Counted from the first letter of the stretch, positions 36,657 through 46,785 are shown. The stretch: 64,000 bases of DNA from Thermoplasmata archaeon (GCA_028864975.1 JAGWLG010000016.1:1-64000); one strand, 5' to 3'. Made by a program: numbers and translations. The notes: a model not told the origin generated them from the sequence alone.

Positions 36657-39600
36657 GCTCCAGAGCCTCCCTGCGCAGAGCCGCCCTGCGGGGAAGGAAC
36701 CGTAGCGGGGGCGGATGCGGGCCCGGGAGAGGGAGGGGACGAGGGGGCGGCTTCTCCTGCGGCCTCACCGCGAGCGGCTCCCGCGGAGGGGCTTGCGGGC
36801 GGGGAGGGAGGGGTGGCCGCGGGCCCTTCAGCGCTCCGCTCCCCACTCTCGGCCGGAGCGGCTTCGGGCTTGGAGGAGGATCCGCCGGATCTGCCCCGGC
36901 GCGGGCGCCACCACCAGACGGCGACGTTGGCCGCAGCCACCGCCGCAAGCCCGACGAGCAACAGGAGCTCCAGGAGGAAGGCGCTCAGGCCGAGACCGGG
37001 GGACGACACCACGGTGATCTTGATCGAGCCCGCGGCCGAGATCCCCTGGGCATCGGTGATCACGACCGTGACCCAATAGGTGCCTGCCGAGGGGAACGTG
37101 CAGGAGAGCGAGCTCACGGCGGAGGAAGCGCATCCGCTCGGCAGCCCTCCCCACGCGAAGGTGTAGGGGGAGACCCCGGCTTGCCCCGAGGCTGACAGGC
37201 GGACCGAGGAGCCTGCGACGACCGGGCTCGCGCTTGCCGAGAGGGTCGAGAGGGCGAGGCGAGGAAGGACCTCGATCGCGACCGGGCGCTCCGAGACGGA
37301 CCCGCCCCGGGCGTCCTCGACCGTCACCCCGACGGAGTAGTTCCCCGGAGCGGAGGGGGTGCAGACGAGGAGCGGGGTGCTGACGGAGGTGCAGCCCGGA
37401 GGAACGCCGGACCAGAAGTACGAGAAGGAGGAGTTCCCCACGGCTCCCCCTCCCGGAGCGGCGAAGCTCTCGGACATCCCGACCTCGATCGGCGTCCGCG
37501 AGGCGTTCACGGCCCCCGCCGCGGGGGGCGCGACGACCTGGAACTCGAGCGTGGGGCTCGTGGCCGTCGAACCGCGACTGTCCGTGACCCGGAGCGAGAT
37601 GCCGTAGCTCCCTGCGGCGGCGGGAGTACAGTTCACCGACGGAGCGTTGAGGGAAACACAGCCGGGCGGAAGGCCTGACCAGAAGTACTGGAGGGGCCCG
37701 TTCACGGACTCGGCCGTCGCACGGAAGGTCACGGGGGCCCCCGAGTCAACGGAAGGAGGGCTGGCAGAGATCGGTCCCACGGCGGTCAGGGTGAGGAAGG
37801 CCGTGGAGAGGTTCTGCCAGGGGAGGCCGGGGTCCCCGTTCTTCGTCTCTCCCACGAGGGTGGCCACGCCCGAGGACGAGACCGCGAGCCGCACCTGGGT
37901 CAAGTTCCCCCAGGCAAGGTCGCGCACGAGCGCCGCGGAGGACCCATCGACCAGGTAGACGAGGACGCCGTCCGGGGCCTGCCCGGCGACCACCCAGGTG
38001 CCGCCCGATAGGGCGACCTGAAGCGTCGAGAGGTTCTCTGGGAGCGAGACGTTCGAGAGGACCTGCCCTGCGGGGTCGTCCACCTGGAGCAGGGTCGTGG
38101 AGTTGTTCCGATAGAGGAAGGCGAGGTCCCCAGGGCTCCCCGCGACGTGCGTGACGTAGGAGAGATTGAACCCGCGCACCGTGGGGACCGTCCAGGGCGA
38201 CCCGCTCGTCATGTTGATGACCGAGTAGTTCCCGTCGACGCCCCGCATCGCGACGAGCCCGCTCGGGCAGTCGAAGGAGACGATGTTCCCCCCGAGCGGA
38301 GCACTCACCTGCGCAAGGACGGAGCCGCTCGAGAGGTCCTGCTCGACGAGGGTGCCTCCGTGTCCAAGCAGGGAAGGAGCGTCCAGGTGCACGACCCGCG
38401 TGTCCGTGCCGCACGCACCCGCGGTATAGGAGAGCGGGAACGCTCCGGTCGAGAGCGTTGTCGCGGGGCCCCAGGTCCGGCTCGTCGGGTCGAAGCGCGC
38501 GGCCTGGAGCTCAAGGCTCGCGACCTGCGCTGGCCCGGCGACCGTCGTCCCGGCATCGGGGAGCGCGTCCCAGAGGGCGAGGAGAGCTCCTCCGCCCAAG
38601 TTGACGACGCGAGGGTTGAAGGCGACCTCCCCCGGCGGGAGCGGGAGATTCTCCGGGCTCACGGTGCGGTTCGCGGGGTCGATCTGAAGGAGCCCCAGCG
38701 TGAGCCCCAGGTTGCGGGGCTTCGAGACGTTGTCCGTACCGTAGAGCAGTGCGTCGGTGGCGGACCCTCCGGCCATGTCGAAGGTCCCCCCGGGGTAGAT
38801 GTCGTTCATGAGGGGCCCTTCGGTCGAACCCGGGACCCAACGCAGCGACTGGTAGCCGGAGATGTTGTAGTAGCGGGGGCCGACGACGAAGGAATTGCTC
38901 GACGCGCCCGCCGCGGGCCCGGTCGCTATGCCCGGGGTCGGGTTGCCTTCGGACCAGATGACCCCGGACCAAAGGTTGTCCGTCCAGCTCCAGAAGAGGA
39001 CGCTCACGGTAACGAAGATCGTTCCGATGAGCTGCATCCCCCGAAGGTTGGGCTGGACGTTCTGGAGGTAGATGTCGAACTCGAGGGTACCCCCCATGCT
39101 GATGCTCGCCACCAGGAGCGAGAACCCGAGCGCGATCGAGATCGCGAGCGAGATCAGGGCCTGGACCTTCTGGAGGACGACAGGTAACCAGCCCAGGAAG
39201 CACCCCGTGGGGCAGACCGGAGAGGGGTTCGTCTGATTGAAGAAGAGCCCGATCGTCGCGCCTAGCGAGACCGCGATGGTCATCGTGAACCCGACAGTGC
39301 CGAGCGGGCCCAGGCTGATCCCGTAGATCGGGAACGTGACCGACGCCTTGATCACGACCCCCATCGAGATCGAGAAGTTGGTGAGCACCAAGCTCCCCAC
39401 CTGGGTGAGCCCGTTGTAGTACTGTTCGAACTGGAACTTGGCCTGGGCCGTGAAGCTCTCGGTGATCGTGAAAGAGATGCCCGCGACCTTCCCTAACGGG
39501 AATTGGATCGAGGCCCCCGCCGTCAACGTAACTTTGCCGAAGGAGCTGATCGAGAGCGCGACGTTCGCCCGGGGGATGATCGAGGCCGTGCCCGCGACCG

Positions 39601-42034
39601 GGTCCGGTAAGGTCGCGCCGGTCAAGGCGGCGATGTTCATCGAAAGTGTCGCGTTGATGAAGTAGGTCGCGTTGAACGCGAGGATCTGCCCGTGCCCACC
39701 CTGTTGGCCCCAGGAGAGCGTGGTGATGGTCGCGGTGGTGGCCGCCATGAGCGCCGGGATCCCCTCCAGGAGGGGCTGGAGCATGCTGCCAGGGTCGACC
39801 GCGCCGTACTGGCCAGAGAGCCCGACCGGGAAGTTGGCCAGATGGTGCTTGCCGTAGGTCGCGTTCAGGTCCAGGGTCTCGTAGACCGTCGCGCACGCGC
39901 TCGAGCTTCCCGCAGGACCGAGCTGTACGCTGAACTCGATCGAATCGTCCAGGGGGAGTGCGGAGAGCTCGGACGGGGTGAAGGTGGCATAGTCGACCCA
40001 GACCCCATCCCAGTAGACCGCGGCGATGGGAAGGTTGGCGTGCTCCTGCACCAAGACCGCCTCCGCGTCGATCGCGACCCACGCGGAAGGGCTCGAGGGA
40101 CTGTACGCCTCCGCCCAGGTGGCGACCCCGAAGTTGTCGGTCAGGTCGTTGATGCCGACCGGGTCGAGGAGGCCTAGGTCGACCCCCTTCCACCAAACAG
40201 GGTAGCGGTCGTAGTAATGGGTGATCAGGGGCGAGGGGTTGACGATGAGGGGGTCCCACCCTGAGATCCCTTGCTCCCCCGCGCTGTCGGTCACCGCGAC
40301 GGAGACGTTGAAGAAGTTGCCATGCGGGCCGGGACAGCTCGTGGAGAAGGTGGGGACGCAGATGACCCGGCTGTGCAGGTTGTCGAAGATCGTGTTGACC
40401 GAGCACCCCACGGGGTAGAACCCTCCCTGCCAGGTTCGGTTGTACCATACGAAGCGCCCGGTTCCGCCGATGACGGTAACGTTGAGGGAGAGGGTATGCC
40501 CCTGCGCGACGGGGTCCGGGTTGGCATAGATCTCAGGAGTGACCGGCAGCCAGAAGCGCCAGGTATCCTGCAGCTCGTCCACGAAGCAGTAGCCCACCAC
40601 GGGGCAGTCGGCGCCTCCGAAGAGGATCACGCAGCCGTGGGGCGGGGTAGGAGCTCCGCAGTCCGAGGGGTTGGGGTCGTAGGACATCAAGGGCTCGACC
40701 CGCTGGTCCGGCTGGGGTTTCGGGCCGGTCCCCAGTCCCGCGAAGGAGGTCACGTCGATCCATGCGCTACTGATGGGCTGCACCTGGTCCCCATAGTAGG
40801 ACCATGTGGTGTTCTCCGCCGACGCGTTGGAGTAGGCCCCTCCGAAGAGGAGGAGGAAACGGTTGGCCTCGTCAAAGGCGTAGCCCGCGTCCTGAAGGTC
40901 CAGGAGCTGGTTGGAGCAGAACCCGGCGGAGGGAGGACACCCCGGCCCGAGGGTCGCCCACCCGCTGGGGGTCATCTCGTAGGTCGCGAACCCGTATCCC
41001 CCGCACGGCGCGGGTCCGCTCCAGGGGACGTTCGGCGGAGCAAAGCAGATCTGGGGGGTCACCAGGACGGCGTGGCCGAGGACAGGGTCGTAGAAGATGT
41101 CCTGAGTTCCGACCACGTTCATCCGACCCGCGATCGGTCCCGCGGCCACCGAGATGTCCTCCCAGCCGTGGAAGGACGGCATGTACTCCCATGTCGTCTG
41201 GAGGGACTCGACCTCGACGCAAGGGATGCCGCACTGCCAGCTTTGATTGGCCGGGATCCCAGAGACCGCGAGCAGGCAAGGGGAGAGCGTGAGGCAATCC
41301 GAGCCGTTCGGGTCGTAGATCAGTCCGAGCGCGGTCCACGGTCCGTGCATCATGGTCACGCTCGCTGACTCGTTCGTCCAAGCGCCGGCAGCGTACTGCC
41401 ACTCGTACTCCGAGGCGTTGGCCCGCCCCATCATCAGCACGAGGCATCCGCTCGTGCCGACGAAGCAGGAGGTTCCCGGGGTTTCCGGGTCGAAGACCAT
41501 CGTGGGGCTAGGAGCGTTGAAGGGCGTGAGCGGTGGGGAGGCGATGGCGAGCTTGGTCCACTGACCTGCGGAGAACGTCCACGTCTCGTCGGCCCCCGTC
41601 GTCCAGTTCCAGGTCACGAGGACGAGATAGCCGTCGGCCCTGTCGTAGGCCATGGTCCCCAGTCCCGAAGCAGAGTCGGGGGGGGCGTGGAGCGGGGAAA
41701 CGGGTTGCCAGGGGCTCGAGGAGGAGATGAGCGGCATCCCGACCCCCTGGGTCCCGACACATGCGGGGAGCCATCCCGTGGGATAGGTGCACCCGTCCGA
41801 TGTGGTGGTGCGGGCGGAGGGACCCGAGGACGACGCGTCCGCTCCTCCACTCCCCGATGAAGCGTGGGATCTCCCATTGTTGGCGAGTCCTTGCTCGTTC
41901 GGCAAGGAGGACCCGGAGGCCTGGACCGCGGGAGCGAGCCCGGGGAGCAGCAGCAGGACCACCGCGGTCACCGCGACCGAGGCGAGCATGGTCCGTCGCG
42001 AGCGACCTTTCGGCGTGTCCCGCCCTCCGTTCAT
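36653..42034 (-). CDS. Large surface protein: Kelch-like N-terminus, amphipathic beta-rich core, propeller-like region, GLPxGC domains, TM
   Basis: TMAYDRADG...DETW and ILFGG...DTW; long alternating-hydrophobic stretch; WSGLPPGC, WSGVPPGC, WGGLPSGC; TM then WWWRPRR. Confidence 0.85.
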   Translation of the reverse strand: MNGGRDTPKGRSRRTMLASVAVTAVVLLLLPGLAPAVQASGSSLPNEQGLANNGRSHASSGSGGADASSSGPSARTTTSDGCTYPTGWLPACVGTQGVGMPLISSSSPWQPVSPLHAPPDSASGLGTMAYDRADGYLVLVTWNWTTGADETWTFSAGQWTKLAIASPPLTPFNAPSPTMVFDPETPGTSCFVGTSGCLVLMMGRANASEYEWQYAAGAWTNESASVTMMHGPWTALGLIYDPNGSDCLTLSPCLLAVSGIPANQSWQCGIPCVEVESLQTTWEYMPSFHGWEDISVAAGPIAGRMNVVGTQDIFYDPVLGHAVLVTPQICFAPPNVPWSGPAPCGGYGFATYEMTPSGWATLGPGCPPSAGFCSNQLLDLQDAGYAFDEANRFLLLFGGAYSNASAENTTWSYYGDQVQPISSAWIDVTSFAGLGTGPKPQPDQRVEPLMSYDPNPSDCGAPTPPHGCVILFGGADCPVVGYCFVDELQDTWRFWLPVTPEIYANPDPVAQGHTLSLNVTVIGGTGRFVWYNRTWQGGFYPVGCSVNTIFDNLHSRVICVPTFSTSCPGPHGNFFNVSVAVTDSAGEQGISGWDPLIVNPSPLITHYYDRYPVWWKGVDLGLLDPVGINDLTDNFGVATWAEAYSPSSPSAWVAIDAEAVLVQEHANLPIAAVYWDGVWVDYATFTPSELSALPLDDSIEFSVQLGPAGSSSACATVYETLDLNATYGKHHLANFPVGLSGQYGAVDPGSMLQPLLEGIPALMAATTATITTLSWGQQGGHGQILAFNATYFINATLSMNIAALTGATLPDPVAGTASIIPRANVALSISSFGKVTLTAGASIQFPLGKVAGISFTITESFTAQAKFQFEQYYNGLTQVGSLVLTNFSISMGVVIKASVTFPIYGISLGPLGTVGFTMTIAVSLGATIGLFFNQTNPSPVCPTGCFLGWLPVVLQKVQALISLAISIALGFSLLVASISMGGTLEFDIYLQNVQPNLRGMQLIGTIFVTVSVLFWSWTDNLWSGVIWSEGNPTPGIATGPAAGASSNSFVVGPRYYNISGYQSLRWVPGSTEGPLMNDIYPGGTFDMAGGSATDALLYGTDNVSKPRNLGLTLGLLQIDPANRTVSPENLPLPPGEVAFNPRVVNLGGGALLALWDALPDAGTTVAGPAQVASLELQAARFDPTSRTWGPATTLSTGAFPLSYTAGACGTDTRVVHLDAPSLLGHGGTLVEQDLSSGSVLAQVSAPLGGNIVSFDCPSGLVAMRGVDGNYSVINMTSGSPWTVPTVRGFNLSYVTHVAGSPGDLAFLYRNNSTTLLQVDDPAGQVLSNVSLPENLSTLQVALSGGTWVVAGQAPDGVLVYLVDGSSAALVRDLAWGNLTQVRLAVSSSGVATLVGETKNGDPGLPWQNLSTAFLTLTAVGPISASPPSVDSGAPVTFRATAESVNGPLQYFWSGLPPGCVSLNAPSVNCTPAAAGSYGISLRVTDSRGSTATSPTLEFQVVAPPAAGAVNASRTPIEVGMSESFAAPGGGAVGNSSFSYFWSGVPPGCTSVSTPLLVCTPSAPGNYSVGVTVEDARGGSVSERPVAIEVLPRLALSTLSASASPVVAGSSVRLSASGQAGVSPYTFAWGGLPSGCASSAVSSLSCTFPSAGTYWVTVVITDAQGISAAGSIKITVVSSPGLGLSAFLLELLLLVGLAAVAAANVAVWWWRPRRGRSGGSSSKPEAAPAESGERSAEGPAATPPSPPASPSAGAARGEAAGEAAPSSPPSPGPASAPATVPSPQGGSAQGGSGA

Positions 42035-42207
42035 CTAGGGTCCTTCTAGGACGCCCGTGCCCCTGCGGGATGGTCCCCAGGTGGCGCGTCCGCCCTGACC
42101 AGTAAGGGTTCACCTCGGTCTTAGATGAATGTCCAGAAGAAATGAACAAAAGTGCCAGCGGCGCCGGCCTCCCCCCTTGGCACGAGAAGGAATGCCGGTG
42201 GGGAGAG

Positions 42208-43224
42208 TTACGTCCTATCCTTTCGGAAAGTGAGGGACCGAGCGGGACGCCGCACCTGCGGCACAAGGGCGCGTTGTCGATGGCGGGAAGAACGCCGGTC
42301 TGGTCTCGGAAGCGAGGCCCGGTGCCGGGCGATGTACGGGAGCAGGGCCTCGAAGCGGTCGGAGACCCCGTCGACGAGCTCCATCTGGGACATCAGGAGA
42401 CCCGGCATCTCTGCGATGGACTCGGCGAGGTGGGTGACCATCGATAAGTTCGGTAGGATGAGCCGGTAGATCTCGAACTCGACCCAGACCCCGGCGTAGG
42501 TCATCCAGGGGTCGAGCTCGCGGATGACCGCTGAGCGCGAGGCGTCCTTCGAGGGTCCCGGAGCATAGGCGACCAGGAGCTCCGCCATGAGCCCGTGGTC
42601 CAGGGCCCGGTAGTTCATCCTCGGGAAGGTCATGAGCGCCCCTCCTGCGACGAGCTTCGCGACACGTCGTTTGAGCGTGCGGATGGGAACGCGCAGGTCC
42701 TCCGAAAGCGCACGGTAGGAGCCAAAGCCGTCCGGGACAAGGTGGGCGATGAGCTCCCACTCCGCTTCGTTCATCCGGACCCCGCAGGGGGGGTGATGCA
42801 CGAGCGTGTAGGTCCCCCGCGGGCACCCGGCGACCTGGTCGATCTCTGAGAGCAAGTGCTGCATCCCCGCGTCGTCCACGGCGACCAGTCCGAGACCCAA
42901 GAGAGGACCGTGGAAGTTCTCGAAGAAGACGACGCCGGCGACCTCGCTCAGTCGCTCGATCACCTGGTGCCGGCGAGGACCTTGAGGGGTCTGGAGCGTG
43001 TAGGACCCGGAGACGAGGCCCAGGGCCGAGGGGTTGACGTAGACCCGGATCCCCTGGAGGAAGCCCGCCCGCGTCATGCGGAGGACCCGGTTGCGGACCG
43101 TGCCGGCCGAAACGCCGAGCTTCCGGGCGAGGGTCCGGTGGGATGAGGTCAGCTTCGGATTGGCCGGCCAGATGGTCCCTCCCTGGACCAGTTCCCGCAG
43201 GAGACGGATGTCCAGACGGTCCAT
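42208..43224 (-). CDS. Lrp/AsnC-family regulator with two wHTH-containing halves
   Basis: MDRLDIRLLREL...LARKLGVSAGTVRNRV and second MNEAEWELIAHL...YRALSEDLRVPIRTLKRRV. Confidence 0.82.
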   Translation of the reverse strand: MDRLDIRLLRELVQGGTIWPANPKLTSSHRTLARKLGVSAGTVRNRVLRMTRAGFLQGIRVYVNPSALGLVSGSYTLQTPQGPRRHQVIERLSEVAGVVFFENFHGPLLGLGLVAVDDAGMQHLLSEIDQVAGCPRGTYTLVHHPPCGVRMNEAEWELIAHLVPDGFGSYRALSEDLRVPIRTLKRRVAKLVAGGALMTFPRMNYRALDHGLMAELLVAYAPGPSKDASRSAVIRELDPWMTYAGVWVEFEIYRLILPNLSMVTHLAESIAEMPGLLMSQMELVDGVSDRFEALLPYIARHRASLPRPDRRSSRHRQRALVPQVRRPARSLTFRKDRT

Positions 43225-43425
43225 GCATCCCCGTAGGATCCTCGAGAGAGGCCCCTGAGGTCACGCCAGGTACGTTCCGACCTAAAGCTTCCTGGCGAGG
43301 AGCTTCAGGAGCTCGTGCCCGTGAGAACCGCGTTTGCGCGTCATCGTCCGCACTTCTTGAGAGCGGAGCGTAAGAGGGTCCTTGAGGCTCAAGATGTCAA
43401 GCCTCTGGACCTTCCCACCCTCTCA

Positions 43426-44445
43426 TCACGAGGGGAGAGCGCGGGCCTCGATCAGGTCGAACCCGCGGTCCGTGGTGAGGACACGGGAGAGCGAGAACCC
43501 ACCCGCTCCCAGGAGGGTGCGCCACTCCCGCTCGGTGCGTTCACGCCCTCCGTTCATCACCATCATCATCAGGTCGCGCCAGAGCACGGGTGCGGTGGCG
43601 TGCTGCTCTGGGAGGACGCTTTCGACCAGCAAGAGGGTACCTTCCGAGCCCATCGCCCTACGGCAGTTCGCGAGCAAGAGACGGGCCTTGTCATCGGGCC
43701 AGTCGTGGAGGATCCTCGACATCACGTAGAGGTCTCCTCCGGGGGGGATGAACTCAAGAGCCGAGCCTGCACGGATCTCGCATCGGTCCGCCACGCCAGC
43801 TCGCTCGAGGGTTTCGGGGGCGTGCTCAACGACCCCTGGAAGGTCGAAGAGGATGCCGCGCAGCTTGAGATGGGAGCGAAGCGTCCGAGCGAGGAGGTCC
43901 CCCACCCCGCCACCCACGTCGACCATCACGTGGTAACGCTCCAGTTCGTACCCCTCGACCGCCTCCGCCGCGGCCGTAACCGTCCCGGCCATGGCACGGT
44001 TGAACGTCCCTCCTGCGTCCGGATGCCGTGCGTAGTAGTCGAAACAACCCATCCCGAACAGGTGGTCGAATGCGGTCTCGCCCGTTCGGACGGTGTGGAG
44101 CAGGTCCCCGAAGGCCCGGTACGAGTCTTCGCCTTGGAACAGGGCGAAGTCGTTCATGGACGCAGGGGCGTCGGTCCTCAGGAGCTCCCCCACCTCGGCG
44201 AGGCCCACGCGGCCCGACGCATCCATGGTGAAGACCCCGAACGGCACGAGCGCTCTCAGAACGCGCCGCAGTGGGTCCGGCTCGGCCCCCACTTCCTTCG
44301 CCAGCACCGTCACGTCCTTGGGTCCCGAGGCGAGGTGATCGGGGACACGCAATCTTGCCACCACGTAGATGGCCTGCGTCACCCGGTACCCGCTGGCGAG
44401 CCGGAGGAGGGTGGCCCGAGGCGGTTCGTTCGATCCCAAGGTCAT
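43426..44445 (-). CDS. SAM-dependent O-methyltransferase (Methyltransf_2 with dimerisation domain)
   Basis: VDVGGGVG, FDLP, GDLYVMSRILHDW, GGRERTE; N-terminal dimerisation helix-turn-helix. ATG 44445. Confidence 0.9.
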   Translation of the reverse strand: MTLGSNEPPRATLLRLASGYRVTQAIYVVARLRVPDHLASGPKDVTVLAKEVGAEPDPLRRVLRALVPFGVFTMDASGRVGLAEVGELLRTDAPASMNDFALFQGEDSYRAFGDLLHTVRTGETAFDHLFGMGCFDYYARHPDAGGTFNRAMAGTVTAAAEAVEGYELERYHVMVDVGGGVGDLLARTLRSHLKLRGILFDLPGVVEHAPETLERAGVADRCEIRAGSALEFIPPGGDLYVMSRILHDWPDDKARLLLANCRRAMGSEGTLLLVESVLPEQHATAPVLWRDLMMMVMNGGRERTEREWRTLLGAGGFSLSRVLTTDRGFDLIEARALPS

Positions 44446-44496
44446 GCCACTTGCACCGCTCCGCGACACTTCAACGTGCCGTCGGGGCTGGAGGCG

Positions 44497-45387
44497 CTAC
44501 TCCAACGCCTCAAGCACACGGCGGCGCCATAGCGTGGGGTGTTGCTCAGGGTCGGTCCGGATCCGGATCGTACGGACATCAGAACGGACTCGAGGCTGGT
44601 AGGTCGGCCATAGCCTGACCAAGGCGCGATGGAGGACGCGAACGGTCTTCTCGGGGCCCGGAAAGTGAAAGGGAGTGGGAGCGTGCGGCGTCCCGCGGAC
44701 GCGCTCGCGGCGAAGGCAGTTCCGAATGGGTGGGTCGAGCCAGAGGATGGTGACCGGCGCTCCGGAAGCGAAGAGACGTTCCTGAATGGGCACGCGGTGT
44801 GGTCCCACTCCAGAGAACTCGAGGATCGCACTCATCCCCTGGCGAGCCCCCACGAGGAACATCTCGAGCGCGTGCATCTCCGCCCGCAAACTCCCATCCC
44901 CGACCATGCGACGGAAGTCGCTGAGGGAGTGGAAAGGAAAGCCAGTGATCCTCGAGAGCCAGCGCCCGCCGGTCGTCTTTCCGGCGCCGGGGACACCGAT
45001 CAAGAGGATCTTGCGGGCGTGGATCCCTCTGTCGAGCGCTGGAGGGGAGAGAGATGGCCGGCGAGACCGCGCCCTCCCGGCCGAGGCAGCGGTCCACCAG
45101 AGAGCTCGAGAGGTCGTGATTGCTCTTCCAAGTCCTTCTCGCCGAGAGGAATCTGTGCGGGCTCGACCATCCCAGAAAGAAGATGGAGGGCGGTGCTCGC
45201 GCGATCCGCCAAGGTTTCCACTCGCGACCGCGAGATTCGCCTCGGCGAAGGAGCCCACTCCGAGATACGCACAGATCAATCGGCGGAGCAGATGATCATA
45301 GGTCTCCCCCGGACGACGCACCGCATCGAGCCGAGCCTTCGTGCTCGTCTTGATCCGCAGTGTGACCCACGCGCGCCGTCTCGCCAT
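44497..45387 (-). CDS. RHH-like DNA-binding domain fused to P-loop (adenylate kinase/AAA_17-like) kinase
   Basis: N-term VTLRIKTSTKARLDAVRRPGETYDHLLRRLI; Walker A IGVPGAGKTT, ILEFSG, LWLDPP...RERVR; one stop-free frame. Confidence 0.65.
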   Translation of the reverse strand: MARRRAWVTLRIKTSTKARLDAVRRPGETYDHLLRRLICAYLGVGSFAEANLAVASGNLGGSREHRPPSSFWDGRARTDSSRREGLGRAITTSRALWWTAASAGRARSRRPSLSPPALDRGIHARKILLIGVPGAGKTTGGRWLSRITGFPFHSLSDFRRMVGDGSLRAEMHALEMFLVGARQGMSAILEFSGVGPHRVPIQERLFASGAPVTILWLDPPIRNCLRRERVRGTPHAPTPFHFPGPEKTVRVLHRALVRLWPTYQPRVRSDVRTIRIRTDPEQHPTLWRRRVLEALE

Positions 45388-45473
45388 GCCGAGAGGAGTC
45401 CGACCGACCGCATGAACCCCGGCCGAACTGGGTGAAAGGTTCAATGCACCGACCGCCGGGCGGGGGAGTTCCG

Positions 45474-45731
45474 CTACCTGGCGTACACGGACGAACGGTG
45501 ACCCACCTTCAGGACCAAAACCCGAAGGCGGAGCTCCTCGATATCGACGATAACTCGAAAGTCACCGACCCGAAGGCGGTACGCATCGAATCCAACCAAT
45601 CGCCGGAGATGGCGATGCGGGACCACTGAGAGCGACCCCACTTTGGTGAAGATCCGCCTCGCGACAACACGATCGAGCTTCGCGAGCTCCCTTTCGGCGG
45701 ACTCCGACCAGATGACCTGGTACCGGGTCAC
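45474..45731 (-). CDS. relE: RelE/ParE-family toxin (RelE/StbE mRNA interferase type)
   Basis: YQVIWSESAERELAKL, YRLRVGDFRVI, VLKVGHRSSVY; GTGA overlap with upstream antitoxin. Confidence 0.9.
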   Translation of the reverse strand: MTRYQVIWSESAERELAKLDRVVARRIFTKVGSLSVVPHRHLRRLVGFDAYRLRVGDFRVIVDIEELRLRVLVLKVGHRSSVYAR

Positions 45732-45958
45732 AGGCTCAGCCTTTCGCGCACCTGATCGTGCGTGCGGAGTCTCCCGGCTCGAATCTCCGCTCGGGCGGCC
45801 CGGATCTCTCTCTTCGTCTGAGCGTCGAGCTCTCGAAGGTCCTCGAGCAGATTCCGGAGGACCTCGTTGTACGTCTCCCGCGGGTGAGTCTTTCTTCGGT
45901 TCAACTCGGCCCGCATGGCCAGGTCAACCTGGATCGTGGTAACGGACAAACGGTGCAT
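45728..45958 (-). CDS. Putative RHH-type antitoxin
   Basis: TTIQVD...ELNRRKTHPRETYNEVLRNLLE then EIRAARAEIRAGRLRTHDQV; directly upstream of and overlapping relE. Confidence 0.8.
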   Translation of the reverse strand: MHRLSVTTIQVDLAMRAELNRRKTHPRETYNEVLRNLLEDLRELDAQTKREIRAARAEIRAGRLRTHDQVRERLSL

Positions 45959-46110
45959 CTCTCCCAAACTCGTTCGGCGGCAATAGATAACCACTACGGG
46001 CTATTAGAGGCTATAGGAAGCCATAGATGAGGGCCGACGCTAGCCACCATCCCTCGCCGGCGCAAAAGCACCGGGAGACCCGGATAGCGAGTTCGCCGGG
46101 GGGCCAGCTT

Positions 46111-46785
46111 CTACGTGGGAACGAGCGGCTGACCGACCGAGAAACTGAAGGTGATCGTGTTTCCCGGGCCGAAGTCCGTGTCCTCCACACCAATGATGGT
46201 GTAGGTCCCGGCCGGTCCACCGAAGGTGCAGGTCCCCGCCACCGCGTCATATCCGTCGGTAGGGCTCGAACAGAGGACTCCGCGGTACTCGGCCCAGGCA
46301 CAGGCGGTCTCGTTGGTGCACTGTCCGTTCACCGCGGCCACGCCCCCGGTGGGGCCCCGGACCGGGACCTGCCAGCTCACCTTCACCGTACCGAACGACG
46401 TGGTGTTGATCGTGGACCAGCCGAACCCCCAACCGTTACGGGAGGGCCAAGGATGCAGGACGATCGTTCCGGACCCGGATTGACGAACGACCGGCACCTC
46501 GATCAGGACCACGAGCACGAGGACCACGACCACGATCGCCGCGACCACGATCAGGACACGCTTGCGACGCTGCTTGAGCGCGGGCCCGGAGTCCGGGTCG
46601 TCATCGGTCGGGAGGAAAGGGGAGCGGAGCCCAGCGGTCGGAAAGTTCCCCAGCGATGGAGAACCCGGGGGTGAAGGGGAGGAGCTGATCGGATCGAACT
46701 GAGGGCCTGCGGGGAAGTCACTCGCGGGAGGTTGCCATGGAAGCTCTCCGCCAGGGGGCGTGTAGGGGGGAGTACCTGCCGTCAC
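46111..46785 (-). CDS. Bitopic membrane protein, Pro-rich N-terminus, 4-Cys extracellular domain
   Basis: KQRRKR then VLIVVAAIVVVVLVLVVLI; ATTAAAT ~35 nt upstream of GTG. Confidence 0.7.
   Translation of the reverse strand: MTAGTPPYTPPGGELPWQPPASDFPAGPQFDPISSSPSPPGSPSLGNFPTAGLRSPFLPTDDDPDSGPALKQRRKRVLIVVAAIVVVVLVLVVLIEVPVVRQSGSGTIVLHPWPSRNGWGFGWSTINTTSFGTVKVSWQVPVRGPTGGVAAVNGQCTNETACAWAEYRGVLCSSPTDGYDAVAGTCTFGGPAGTYTIIGVEDTDFGPGNTITFSFSVGQPLVPT

Noticed and set aside
44497-46110. Integrated mobile element around the TA locus
   Set aside because: No integrase, transposase, tRNA target or flanking direct repeats seen; only a mild compositional shift.
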